A stretch of DNA of 64,000 nt, from NCBI GenBank assembly GCA_000708835.1, contig DF237011.1:62001-126000 (forward strand), read 5' to 3'. The stretch is from Klebsormidium nitens. Lineage: Eukaryota; Plantae; Klebsormidiophyceae. Shown here piece after piece: positions 11,601 through 24,612 of this stretch. The position numbers and the translations under genes are program-made. The notes under the pieces were generated by a model. That model was not told the origin of the DNA. It saw nothing but the letters and a program-made list of their open reading frames with translations, and searched no databases. Every line of letters starts with the position of its first letter. Position 1 is the stretch's first letter.

Positions 11601-13690
11601 CGAGTTTGTCTAGGACAATGCATTAATTGACGAATTTTGGAAATGAACTACGCATTGCTCGACGGCCGATAATTCTTTGAAAGAACGTTCGAACCGCGTC
11701 GTATCAGCTGTCACTGCGCAACGGGCCGCCGCCGCTGCCCCGCCTGCAGACAATGGAGAATTAAAAATCAGATGCGTCACATCTTTTGAAGGCGGATGGT
11801 TGTTGAAAGACGTAACCAAGCGAGTCGCTGCCGCGCCTTGATGGGTTGAAGCTCGCCACCATTGACATGCCACGGGGCACAATTCGTTGAAGAACGCTGC
11901 TTTGATATGCGAAACCCAAAGCGAGCGTCGCTCTCCCACCAAGGTTGCACGAGCGGCTGTCAGCACTTAGGGCCAAAATCAGTTACTTTTCGAGATACAA
12001 AACCACGAACAAGTGGTACTTGATAGCCTTAATAAAAACAGAGGAATGTGGAACTTAGTCAAGCGGTGTTCTTTTGCCACACAAGCGGCCCCCATCCGCG
12101 GCAGGCAGATCGACGATCTAATGCTAAGCCATAAAGCATTTATGACTGATCGAGTGGCAATATTCCCCTCAACTGAAATGGGCCCCGTAACATTGCCTCC
12201 AACAATCGAGAGACTTAACAAGAAGCAAGCAATTATGGGTCTAGTAATTGAACAGCCTGTTCGGGATGCGCGCTGCGCCAGCGGCACATTCAGTACAGTG
12301 GGTCCTCAGGTGCCGGTACTCACCCGGAGAGCTGGAACCGCGTGTGCTAGCAAGGCGACAATCCCGCTGACAACCTGAAACGCCAGAGGTAATTGTGTCA
12401 GCCGACGTCGTGTGTGCGTGGCGGCTTGGACTTCGCAAGTGCTGCCTTCTCGTTTCTATTGAAAGCGTGCAGAGGCTTAGAAGATGATAGCCGCGCCAGG
12501 ACAAAGAAGGATGCAGATCTCGCTTCTTAGCAAACGACCTGGATTCAAGATATACAGGTGCACTCCGCATTGCAGAGCTTCAGAGAGCCAATCAATGAAT
12601 AAAATTGACCTTAGCTGAGGGTGCCTTTGTTTAAACACGTTGGACAAGTCTATCGATCGATTTCCGGGGACACCATGAGGTCCATCTTGAGAACCCCTGG
12701 GAATAACGGGCGGGTAGCAACGCGCAGTTGAGGTGCAAAGAAACTCTTAAACTACACAGGCATATTCACGTCAGCTCAGAGTTGACAGCAAGAGTGGAAC
12801 TTGAGATTGCTGTGCCATTCTGAGCCCCCAAAGCTTTTGATTGCCGCCAACATCCTCAGGCTCTTCAATAATCAGAATTGATTGAACTCAAGATTCAATT
12901 TGTCCAGGAAGAAATAGACAGATATGAAGAAGAGAAAGCCCTGATCAAAGTCCACAACCCCATTTTCTTGCTGAGAGTACTGGCCTCTTACCGCTGCTGC
13001 CATGAGCCCCACCAACCACACCACCTGCGTCTCCGCAGGGACCCGCCATGCCGTTCTCCCCGCCGGAACCGCCACCGACGCTTGCATCGCCGCAGGGGGG
13101 GGCGCCGCTGCGACAGCAGGGACTGCCGCAACCGCAGGAACTGTTGCGCTAGCAGGAGCAGAGCTTTGGCGAGACGACAAGAGACCCGCTTCTCGGCAGG
13201 GGGGGGGTGAGGGGGAGTTTGGGGAAGGAGTGGGAATGTCGGAGACGCATGGGAGGCCGTAAAAGGTTGGGCGGTGCAGATCGGACACGTGATAGTCGGA
13301 CGCGGTCATGACGGCGTAGCGGACGTTGGTGGCTGGGGCAGCGGTGGAGTCGGTGAGAACTAGGGGCGGCTGGCTTTGCTGAGGGCTGGTGTGCCCTTGA
13401 GGGAAAGGCAAGGACGATTGTATGATGCTTCGATTTGCGCCGTGCCTACTTGTTTCCCGGTATACTCGCTGAGGTTTTTGTGGTCGAGGGAAAGGTGTGC
13501 CTAGTCCAGGAATGTTGGAGAAAGAAACCGCTTCGGGCCGCTTGCGAGAGCGCCAGGTTCCATATGCAACAGCCCGCACCCCACGTAAGGAGGGATTGGC
13601 GGTTGACCGGGAGAGCGAGTCGTGTGCACTTATGCTGATGTCAGCAGCCACCCTCATTGAGGTTGGCATTGCTTGGATCCCAGCAGTCAT
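8650..13690 (-). CDS. Conserved plant membrane protein with probable plastid transit peptide (At5g09995-like / DUF948-like, recalled from memory)
   Basis: Exons (minus) 13690-12992, 12374-12324, 11542-11409, 10608-10508, 9667-9558, 8799-8650 splice in phase. An S/A/P-rich N-terminus and hydrophobic VVWLVGLMAAA-VVSGIVALLAHAVPAL precede RLADTAREELPATMAAVRLSGMEISDLTMELSDLSSDISDGIRSSTRAM, a motif I recognise from plant homologues. Start codon is uncertain. Confidence 0.85.
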
Positions 13691-16637
13691 GACCTGGCAG
13701 AGATGGAACAGGTTTGATTTGTACGCTTTACTAGCGTGAATAGCTTCAGATCCTGATAAGACCAGGTAACAGGGGTATCTGTGCCTGATGGTTCTGAGGA
13801 AGACTCTGCTTCACGATAAAATTCTTGACACAGCTTTTGCAAGAGAAAAGTGCAAAGAGTGCCCCTATATCCCACAGCAGTTGAGAAAATATCATAAGGT
13901 GGTGGCAAACTGTTGAGGCACTGCCGTTGATAGCAAAGAAAGCACCACAGATCTTTCGAGTTTATGCATTCTCTTGAAAAAGTTCTTTCGTCACAACATC
14001 TCCATTGGCATCTGCTGCAAAGTATCTAACGGTCTTTGCCCTGAATTCAAAGCAGAAAATGACTTGCAACAAAACGGATGCTGGGGAGCTAATCAAAGCG
14101 AACCGATCAGGGCAATAAGGTAAGCGACTCTGCTGAGCACACGACTTCTTTGACAGCATTGGCACTGATCCAGATACACCACCGTTGGATCGCGCAAAAT
14201 CAAAAGATTTCTTACACACCAATCTCCTTTTCAAGGAAGCCACCTAGTATAATAAAAAAACGAATGCTGAGTGGTCACAATAAAATGCAACAGAAAACAG
14301 CTCTCCACCAGGTGAAGACTATCCAAAAACCAGATCTGAAGACCAGTAGGTGCTGCAGCAAAATCCAGGAACCACCTTACCATCTTCTGAGCCAGTAGTA
14401 GCTGAATCTAATTTCTTGAAGCAGGCGCTGTTGCCTAGTGAGAGAGAGTAGAGAAGAAGCCAATGCTCAGCATTGCTTTAATATGCTGCCAATTGAAGAC
14501 CACTGATGTAAATCCGTTGTGAACAATTACTGTTGAGCATCAGAAGGACTTCTTGCAGATTGTTTAGCAGTACAAGTATCGCTGGATGACCAGCTTCCAA
14601 TTGTTAGGAGGACTTAGCTACTTTGAGAGAATCCCCAGTCAAGTCTGAGATTTGCAGAAGACGTTACATATGTACATATGTAGAGATTGTGAAAGACATT
14701 GATGGAAAGAACTTTAAGAAGCGCCCAGATCTGAGAAATTGTGTTGTATACAGCGAGTCGTTCCGGAATCCGGCGGCGGAAGGGAAATGCTCGTGTCTCA
14801 CTTTGGCTCCTGCTGACATCCGCGTGAATCTTGCCTGCCCAGGACTCTCGTATCGGAATCGATTCTCTTTCAGCTTCCAGCCGATTCCGTATGCTTCGAC
14901 GATAAAAATCTGCGACTTTTCGCGCCAAAAATTCGAGAACATGATGCAGATAACTTGAATGTTCAATGCCAAACACATGCACAGCAGAGATGCACAGTTT
15001 TCACTGTTCAGCTCAATCGGATGAGCTCATCAGTAGTGACGAAAGGAAGGCGCTGTATTTCTGAAGGAGCAAGGAAGCCTGAGCCACTGGCCTCCACAAC
15101 AGGATCCTTTTGAGTCCAGTAGCTCCTGGTTCACCCGTGTGAAACGCAGTGGTATCAAGCAGACTGTGTAATGCAGCTTGTAATGTTGCCGCGTTGCCTC
15201 ACGCCCCATCGGCTTCGATTCTGAGGTGTAGAAGCTGCCTCGTCATCCGTCAACCAGGGACACACTTTGTTCGTCTTTCACTTAGGTGCCAACTCAGTAC
15301 CACGGTCAATTGCCGTAGAGGAGAGAGGAGTTGTAGGAGGTGGTGGTCTTGAAGTCACAGCAAGATGGCTGATGAGCAGGAGCAACCTCCGGGCCTTGCG
15401 AGCGGCCATGATGTGATGGACGAAGAGGGGCATTTCTTTGACTTCATTGCATTCTACAAGTGAGCAATGGCACATGCTGATTCTTTGCCCTGGTTCTTCG
15501 TCATTAAAACATGCCATCTGCTCTGGTCAATCGTGGTCACCGGCGCCACTTCCCATCGTTGTTTATAAGTATTCTGCCCTTGCACATGATTGATCTAACG
15601 CATGGTTGATTTCACCAGGTTGGCGGATGTGTTAGTCTGCTGGTCCTGACGGTGAATGAGTTTGGAGACTCTGTAAGAGGTTACTGGTACTCAACTTATG
15701 CGCTGAGATTAAGGCCCCATCAGCTAGCAGGAACCTTCACTTGCTTTCCAGCCTCAGCCCCAAGTAACTCAATCAACAGCTGATCAGAGACTCAGCAGGC
15801 TCGCTTACAACATCCTTCACTTGCCAAAACTTAAGGTTGGTCGAATAGAAAGTCTTTCACCACTTTGTGCTTCATTTCTGTTGCAGGAAGGTTGAGTTCT
15901 CTGACCGTGCCATCCGTCTTGAGATCCTGGAAGAAAGCAGGAGAGGTGAGCATGGAGTTGCTGGGTCTGTTTCAAGCAGGTTCTCCAGCTTCTTTCCAGC
16001 AACGTGCAAGTCAATGACAAAGTTCCATTTGTGTCACAGACCTCGGAGTTTGTAAATTATTGGGACGCCGCAAGAGAAGGCTGATAAGGAGTTGAATTCA
16101 GGCGTCTGATTGCTTTAGGACCCGCTTGATTTCTCTGTATCCAATGCTAGTCTGGAACTTCGTGAGTTCCTGAACTGTTTTGCCAGGCTCTCAACAAAAT
16201 CAACTGTGCGTTTGCTAGGTGGACATGGACCATCTGGTACTTCATACTTGTTCGAAAAGTCTCTCCAGTTCCTCTGGGTGCACTTTTCAACAAACAGCCA
16301 ATCCTTGCCCCTCTGATGCCATTTGAACCCTGATGTCAAACATCTGGCCCAACTAGAAATGGACTGTGTTCACCGGTGCTCAAGTTCAGCCCTTGGCCTG
16401 AGACGCATTGAGCATGTAAAGCAAGAAAATGTCTGGCTCTGCTTTGTACCCTGCAAGCCTCAGTCCCTTTCTTGAAGTATCTATTAATGCCCTTATTGGG
16501 AACGTAAAGAAGAAAAGAGGAATTCGTCTCTTCAAGAACAGATGGTGTGTCAGAATGGGAATGGGACGCATAGAGTTTCAGGGTAACTAACATCTGTCAG
16601 AGCCCTTGATGGTCAGCGTCAAGGCATACTGCAGGCC

Positions 16638-19218
16638 ATGCGGGGGATGAGAGAAGGGCAACGACATGGGCAACAATACATTTCTGGTTTGAACAATTTA
16701 TTTCGAGTTACCTCGTTCCTTTATCAAGCCATCTGCAAACAAGTGTTGAAGACGCACCCAGCCTTTTCGCAGACTTGGCGGCAGGCAACGAGCCGTCCAC
16801 GTCAGCAGCAACCGACGCGCGCCCTTCCTCCGGAGCTGAGGAGATTCCGGTCAACTCGATCGTGATTGCAGCCAAGAGCGCCGTGCTGCGGCAGATGCTC
16901 TCCAACGGGATGCGCGAGTCGGACAAGGGCGCGCCCGTCGTTCTGAAAGTCACCACTGAAGGTGAGGATTACTTGCGGGTGCAAGATGTTTGTCAAAGAG
17001 GGCGGAATTCCCAAGGTTTACCCGTGCATCTGAGTCCCAGGGGGAAAAACACTATCCGACGGCCCATATTCCATCTGGACGGTTGCCGTCGTCGACCAAG
17101 GTAAGCATCGTCAGTCACCATCTGGTCGCCGGAGGAGAAACGATTCCCTAGATGCCCTATCTAATGGAGCAAGGGGGAAAAGAGTTCCTGGAATCTGGAG
17201 GTTCGGGGAGGCTTTGAGGTGTCAGAGTTTCGGTGTTCTGGGGGCTTCAGGGTTCCAAGCAGATCACAAGGACGCACCCCACGTTTTTTGGGGTGAAAGA
17301 GGGGTATTTTGTGCTCGGCTGTCAAGCTACCCGGTTTGGGCTTGATCTTGAACTGGTTTCGACCCTCGAGGGGGTTTTTGAATGATGCTCGGAAACACCG
17401 ACACAGGAAGGATTGTCTGCTGACCAGGTTCGATAACCAAACTTTATTCTGGTTCTTCGACCAATAACCGCGTAATAGCCATGTTTAAAATCCGGTTACT
17501 AGACATTTAACCAGCTTCGAACCAGCCCATAACCGACTGTGGTTAACCGCCAGAAACCCTAGCGAAGAAGCTGAGCATTTCAGTGGCTAAAAGGGGGTGC
17601 TAGAGCCTGCAGTCTGTCAGCGACACTTTGGTTGCAATTACGCACAAACCCCTGCCGCAAATTGGATTGAGATGAACGGCCGAGAATTGTGTTAGCATTG
17701 AAATGTGCTTAATACAGTTCAATCCGCACTCCCCGAGGGCACAAAGTTGCAGACGTCCCCTTACAAAGTTTGCCGAGAGCTTCTCAGCATTTTGGAAGAG
17801 GCTCGGGAGGGCTAGGAGAATACTTGCGTTGCTCCAATGCTGAGGAACTACAACAGATCCACTGAGTGTCTCGTCTCTTTCTAAGTAGTGGACTGCGGTC
17901 AGATCCGACGCCTGTGCAGATGCTTGAAAGGGTCAACTTTCATTTCTCATCACCTAATACTGTTCGCTTATGTCGATACTCGATCAATCGAAGAAAGCAG
18001 GCAACTGTGTGAGTCATCGCATCTTATTCCATTTCATCCACAAAAGTCACGGGTTATTGTCGTCTTTGGACAGAGCTCTTTCATGCACTTAAGCATTTTC
18101 GGACAGAATATAACATCCGCTTCTCTTTTCGTGCAGAGAAAGAGGCCTTCAAGGAGATGCTCCACTTTCTCTACGCCGGCACGCTGTCCCCGCGCCTCTC
18201 CCAACCTGCGACCACCGTGCGCGAACTTTTAAACTGCCTCGTTGTCGGCGACAAGTTCGAGGTCCCTTCCTTCATGGGCGCTCTCGTCAAGTGTCTGAGC
18301 GAGCGCAAGCGGACGATCGCTGAGAGTGCGGAGCTCGTCGGGGCGCTGACGGGTCACTTGGGCCAAGCGCCGAAGTTGAAGGCGCTGGCGGACGAGGCGC
18401 GCGCGCACATCGTGAGCACGTTCTGTGACGTCAGTGGGACGTGGGCGTCGCCGGAGTTTTACGAAGTGGGTACGGACGTGATAGAGATCCTGCTGCAGTC
18501 GGAGGAACTAGAGGCGGACTGCGAAGAGGAGATCTGCCGGAAGGTGCTGAAGTGGGCAATACGGCGCTTTCAAACCGTAGAAGAGAGGACGGGAGCGCTG
18601 GCGACGCTGTTGCCTTTGATCAGGTTCAAGTGTATGACCGGGGACTATTTGGTGCGACTTCTGTCCGTGCCAGAACTGCAGTCGGGAGCTTCCAAGGAGC
18701 TGATAGATGAGGCGATTGAGTTCCAAGCCTACACGGATGACATGAAGCGGATGGTGGGGGGAGCAGCGGCTTGCGAAAGGAGAGGGGTGCAGGCAGTCCA
18801 TCTCGAGATCGTCGATTTCTTCGACTTCTCCGACAATCACTTGGAGTCGCGGTACGCCTTCTGGTTCGACAAAAACTGGCACCTGCATGTGACAAAAGGA
18901 CGAGACCAGGATCCTCCAACAGTCCAGATATTCCTGATTTGCGAGCAACTGCCGGTGGCCGAATCCGAGGGCGGACCGGTTTTGAGGCCGGATGATGTTG
19001 AGTTCCGGATTTACGTGAGAACATGGCCTGAAGGCTGGTGGAAATTGCTCCACAGCGATCGTGCAACTTACAAGGTCAATTCTGGGGCCCCACATGGCTA
19101 TGGGAAAGGGGATGCGTTCGGCCTTCCATGGGACGACGTACGGGACTCGCCCAAGTATTCGGATCATACTGGCCACGTAACTATTAAAGTGGTGGCTCGA
19201 CGTTACAGAAATAAATAG
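16638..19218 (+). CDS. BTB/POZ-BACK domain protein (POB1/LRB-like CUL3 adaptor)
   Basis: Exons 16638-16686 (tentative), 16773-16961, 18137-19218. BTB signature IPVNSIVIAAKSAVLRQMLSNGMRES...EKEAFKEMLHFLYAG, BACK-like LLQSEELEADCEEEICRKVLKW and LLPLIRF, and a beta-rich C-terminal domain. Confidence 0.85.
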
Positions 19219-20946
19219 CGCTTCCTGGCGGGACAGAATTGGACGTTTAAGAAACTTTTTGGTCGGTCGTTGAGTGTTACATAGTGAGTTGACTAAGGCG
19301 TGAGTTGGATTCTGCGGCCCGCGATTCGTATGGAGCTGACGGAATGCGCTGGCCGGAGCTAAGTCTAGCCTTGAAATGGGTGCCTGACATTGCCGCACTC
19401 AAATAATCGTGGTCTCATAATGCCTCATGTCGACTTGCATGGCCTCACTGGAGGACAGCTCTCTCGAGCTGAGAATATCTGGGCTACATGCGAAGGTAAT
19501 GCCGAGTTGGATCTGATCTTTTAAGTTGCATGAGCTCAGTGCACTTTTTATCTTTCGTGATGCTCTTGAAACCCCTACAAGCGAAATCACTCTCGAAGGA
19601 AACTTGGCAGGGAACGATGTAATGCGTAGCCTGGCAAGATTGGTCGAATTCAAATATCAACGAGCACAAATTTAGTACGAGTATGTCACGGTACTTCATC
19701 GGATTACAAGCCTGCATCAAATGCAATCATCGAACCGCGGTGGTACGCGTTTCAATGATCAATTTTGCCCGCCGAACTGCAATGGCTACATAACAATAAT
19801 GCACGTACGGTGCCAGCACAAAGCATGCACCTTACTGTAAAGTCAACGGGTTGCATGATGTGAACCGCTCGGAATGGCCGCGCAACTTGAACCGTCGTCA
19901 ATCTGAATGCAGCTCACATGAGAGCCATGGGTGCCAGATCTAGCTCAGGCCCTGATCGACATGTCAAGACTGGCACTGAGCGCGCACGTTCCCAAACGGT
20001 GATTGTCAAGCTTGGCTAAATCGCATGCTACTGTCGGGTCAAAAACTTTAGCACGAGGTTAGCTAGCTAGCATAACACCCTACCGATCTGTATCTCGATG
20101 TACAGCATGGATACTTCTCCGACTAGAGCATCAGGAATGTCGCGGTTCGGTTCATTTCCTCAATGATTGAATCACTTCATACGCAACCACTTTGATGCAA
20201 GATTTAACATTAAGCATGTCCAATTGCATCGCCAAGAGTCAAGAACCGCCCGCGAGGGAGCTCGGCCGCAGGCTTAATTCCTGGATCCTCCCTCTGTACG
20301 GTCACGTGCATGCGCGGGCGTGCGGCGGCCGCGACTTGGGCACCAACCGATCGATCTCGGCCGTGCGTTTGTGCCGATTTAGTTGGATCGGACGGTGCGA
20401 AGGATGGTACCGAGCTTAGCGCTTGTCCGTCCTCTCCGTAGACACCTTTTCTTGCGCGCCAGGCACTGACAATTTCGTGGCTGCTTCTGAACAAAGCTGA
20501 AGGAGACTCGCTGTCGGACCCGGTTTATGACTGCATGCACGTGTCACTCAGCCCGCACAACCCCCGATCCGCGTCAAGCCTAGCACGCGCTTTTTGACGA
20601 GTCAGCCTTGGGGTTCAGTCACGCCTTGTCAGACTTGCTGCGAGGAAGACATAATCTGGCATCGGCTTCTCGCAAGACGAGATTCCATTCGACAAACAAG
20701 CAAGCAGAGCCACAAATCTAGGGTTACGGAATCGCTGAAAGGTCTCTCGTTTCTTGGGCTTGTAGAAGGGTTCTAGTCAGATGGTCGAGCGCTCCCTACT
20801 TCGAAAGTCTTTAAAGTAGAACAGCTAGAATCGAAGCCCCTCGCAATCGCAACTGCTTCTTGCAATCTTCCAGCTCAAAGGCGCCGCACAAGATTCTTGG
20901 ACACTGCTCAGCTTCTCTCATTCTGCTCTTTTCCTGTGAGAGCGCC

Positions 20947-23172
20947 ATGGCTAAGCTGCTCAGAGGTTGCATAGTTGCGACACCTATGGCGGTGAAACAG
21001 GAAGTCCTCAGGAGACCTCTTGTCGCGAAACGAGCGACTCTCCCTGAGCTGCCAGAGAGCTTGCGACGCTTCTGGACCGACACCTTTGAACAACGCTTCC
21101 TGCTAGACTACGAGATCTCGGTTCCCAGCAAGCTCATCTCCGAAAACAAACCTTTCCGCGCCATCCTAGTTGCATCTCCTGAGGTTGCTGGTCAAAGGCT
21201 GCCCTTTGCAGGCGAGAAGTTCGTCGGCCTTGTGGAGATCGCCGGAGTGCAGTCGCGTCATTCTCACGTCATCAACGTCCTAGGCGCGGGGAACAAACGC
21301 GTGGTGCCAGCCTGCGACGGCCTCCAAGATCTGACGGTCGGCATGGCGTGGATTGACGTCAGCAACACGACGATCGACGGCCAGGAAGCGCCAGGGCAGC
21401 GGCGCTCTGGCAAGCTGGAATCAGATGCTGTCGCCGAAAGGTTTCGCTTCTTCCAAGGGAAAGGGCCGCTGACGTCACACGTGACGGTCTTCGTTAGCGT
21501 GCTGCTGCAACGAACGTATCTTGAGTGTGAGAGAAGTCGCGTCCGAATCCAACGGACGCCAGAATGGAAGCTTCTGAAGGAAGTCGAGCGCTCTGGAGAC
21601 GCCTTCTTCCGAGGGACGGTAAGTTATTGATGTAGCAGATCTTTCTCGGGGTCCAGAAGCAAACCTCCTATTAAGGTCATGCAAGTATACACTCCTGAAA
21701 GAGCAAATCGTAAAGCGCATCTTACGATTTGCCTCATAACTCGTGTCGAATTTTCAAAATGATCCGGGGTCTTGCTCGAAGCATGGTCTTAACTTTAGCA
21801 GAAGCAGGCACCTTCAGATTCAGCGTTCTGACATAATGGTTTTATATATTTACGGTCACATGGATATTTTTCAGAAAAAAAGTTTGTCCGATTGTGCTAA
21901 GCTTTTCTTTCATCCTAGCACTGGCTGGCGCCCTTGAATGACGCAATCGAGCCTTTTCTGTCTTTCCGAATCTGCTCTCGAATGCTAGCAGGTAGTCAAA
22001 CTACGAAACATCCGAACAAAATCGTAGCTTATAACTTCGCCGCTCCTTCTAAGTTGTTCTACCGTCTTGCAGTTGGCTCCTTCATTGTTAGCAGTCCGAG
22101 GTCTTCAGTTCGCTGCTGCAGAAAGCGATTTGAGGCCATGTATCAACTAATTTCTTCGCCGGTCTCTCTTTGCAACATCCCGGCTTTCTTTGAAGCACAG
22201 AATCACGATCAGCGGATGTCAAAAGCACGCATTTACACACGTCTCGAATTCAACTTGACGCCCACTTGGTAGCGTAATACTTTCAAACCAGCGAATTAGA
22301 AAAATTCGCGAGTCTACCCAAACCGCTTCTTTTTTCTGCGCAGGACGGCTCCACAATCTTTGCGCACTCCTCGGTGCTCGCGAGCGCTTCTTCCCACTTC
22401 CGAGCAGTGCTAGACAAGCGACCAAAACTCATCGGACGCTCCATATTGGGACTCCCGCTGCCAGTTTCTGCCGATGGCGACACGATTCGTGCGTTTCTGA
22501 AGTGCCTGTACGGAGTTCCCGTCCTTCTACTCGCGCTCGAGTACAGACGCCCAACGCTTGAGGTGAGTCACACCTAAGCATCATGAGTTAGTACTCTCGC
22601 TTCTCACCGAACGTGTATACTACTCAATCAGTTGCCTGCTTTGATGGAGGTTACAATTCAACAAAGGTACTGATCAAAGAAAAGCCTTTTGGAACTGCTT
22701 GTACGGATATCCCGTCCCTCTACCCGCGCTCGAGTATCGACGTCCAAAGCTCGAGGTGAGCTTCGAGGTTCTCAGTACATGCAATGATCTAATTTGAACA
22801 GCCTTTATCCCTTTTCAAGAAAGCCCTTGACGTAACGGCTTGCAGGGGAATCTCGGTCTATCGAACCAGAACAAAGATCCACAAACTTCGTTTCTTGTAG
22901 AGCCCAAATCAGGACTACTGTTCGATACGTAAGTCCTGCTTGTAACCAGCGCAGCTAACTCGACACCATTGAAAGCAAGCTCTGATCAACCCGACATCTC
23001 CCGGATGTCTCCATTAATGAACAACAGCATCGTTTCTAGAGTGAAATCATTGCCCTGGACTTTTCTCCTGCAGAGGCTGTATCGACTTGCGGACGCATGC
23101 GGCGCGCGGGGACACTGTCTTGAGATCTCGGACTGCCTGGGTGTGTCCGAAAACGACCTTGCGGACCGGTGA
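20947..23172 (+). CDS. Protein with an unrecognised ~220-aa N-terminal region and a C-terminal BTB/POZ domain
   Basis: Exons 20947-21618, 22344-22562, 23074-23172, all phase 0 with canonical sites. DGSTIFAHSSVLASASSHFRAVL...DTIRAFLKCLYG...LYRLAD is a BTB pattern. Confidence 0.72.
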
Positions 23173-24612
23173 CGGCTAGAGGCCCGTGCGCGGGCTAGCG
23201 AAGGCGTAATTGCGAGCTGAATGGACGGAACCGTCCGGCGGACCGGAACGGAACGGAAGCTAGCCGAACGAAAGGAAGCAGAACAGAACGGTGCTATCTG
23301 GTGCTGTCGAGAGGTTAATGCAGCTTGTGCCGAACGATAATAACACGGTTGCAAAGATCCTCTTGGCGACGTGCGCTTGTCCGGCAACAAGCCTAGTGTG
23401 ATCGATCTAAATTATCAACGAGTCAAATAACGTTGCTGCGATAGTCTAGTGGGGACTCAACCCTGACCCTAGAACAAGTCCGTCAGGTCTGGTGATTTAT
23501 CTGGTGGGGTAAGGCCGGGTGTGGATTGTTAAGTCAAGCAGAGTTTGCTGGAAACACCTGTATAGCGAACAGGTCTGAACAGCTAGCTAATCGATGCATG
23601 GTGGTCTTCAGTCGCTGGCCGTCCAGCTCGGCCCGGCCACAGTGAGGCCACTACGTATCTTGACTCTCGACGATTATGCCGCTGAATTCTGTGCAAGACT
23701 TTAGGAAGGCACATGATGCAACATTTCGTAAAGAGTGACAGTGACGACGGCATGGCCTGGCAGCCGGCCGGCGGCCATGATGATGATCAGTTGTCACCGT
23801 AAGCGTTTGGAAACCTTCCGGGCCGGCCAGTGATGATTGATCAGCGTATGTAAATCATGAGTTTTAAACCCTCACGAATCCGCGTTGGAATTCGCAAATT
23901 TAGTGCGCCGCGCGCGAAAACATGATTTCAGCACTTTCGATTCGACCGGCCGTACTCGAAAGTAAACTTCGTATGTTCCCTTCTGCTGGTGCGCGCGCGG
24001 CCGGTTGATCATAGCAGTGCATGCCAGCATTGATTATGATACTAAAAGCACTGCCAGCATGGTTTTTACACAAAAGCACGTAGCGCAAAACTAACACAAA
24101 AGCGCGCTCGAAGCTGTATTCAACATATGGCTGTGCCCATGACGGTCTAGCTCCACTGTCTCTGGTCCTAAAAACCGCAGAGACCAGGGCCGCGATGTTT
24201 ATATATTGTCAGTGTGCCGTGCACGGCATGCCATGGGACGGTAAGCGGATCAACTGAGGTCTATTTGCGTAACGGGATATTGCAAGGATTAATTGAATGA
24301 TCTATGCCAGACAGTTTTTCCGACCACTTGGCACTACGGTACGTCTGTGTGGCAGGCTACTGTGCATGGCCGATGTCAGCAGATTAGACAGTCCGAACTG
24401 TCGTCAAACTGCCTAGGGCACTGATCTAGCGCGCCAGGTACTGAGTCGGATCAGATGGAACCATCATGTTGCCACTCGGCGCTGCAAGCGCTGCATGAGT
24501 CTTACATGTGCAGTGACTGTTTCTGCATACAAAGCTTGGCGTTCGCTGGAGGTTCATGGATTGAAGTCAGTCCCGTGTCTTATCTTTGGTCTAATTTCCA
24601 TAATAACTTGAA

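Noticed and set aside
18508-19398. 296-aa minus-strand ORF
   Set aside because: Antisense shadow of the GC-rich BTB-BACK exon; no recognisable motifs.
23225-23295. GGAAC/GAAC-rich stretch
   Set aside because: Short, irregular low-complexity tract with no further structure.
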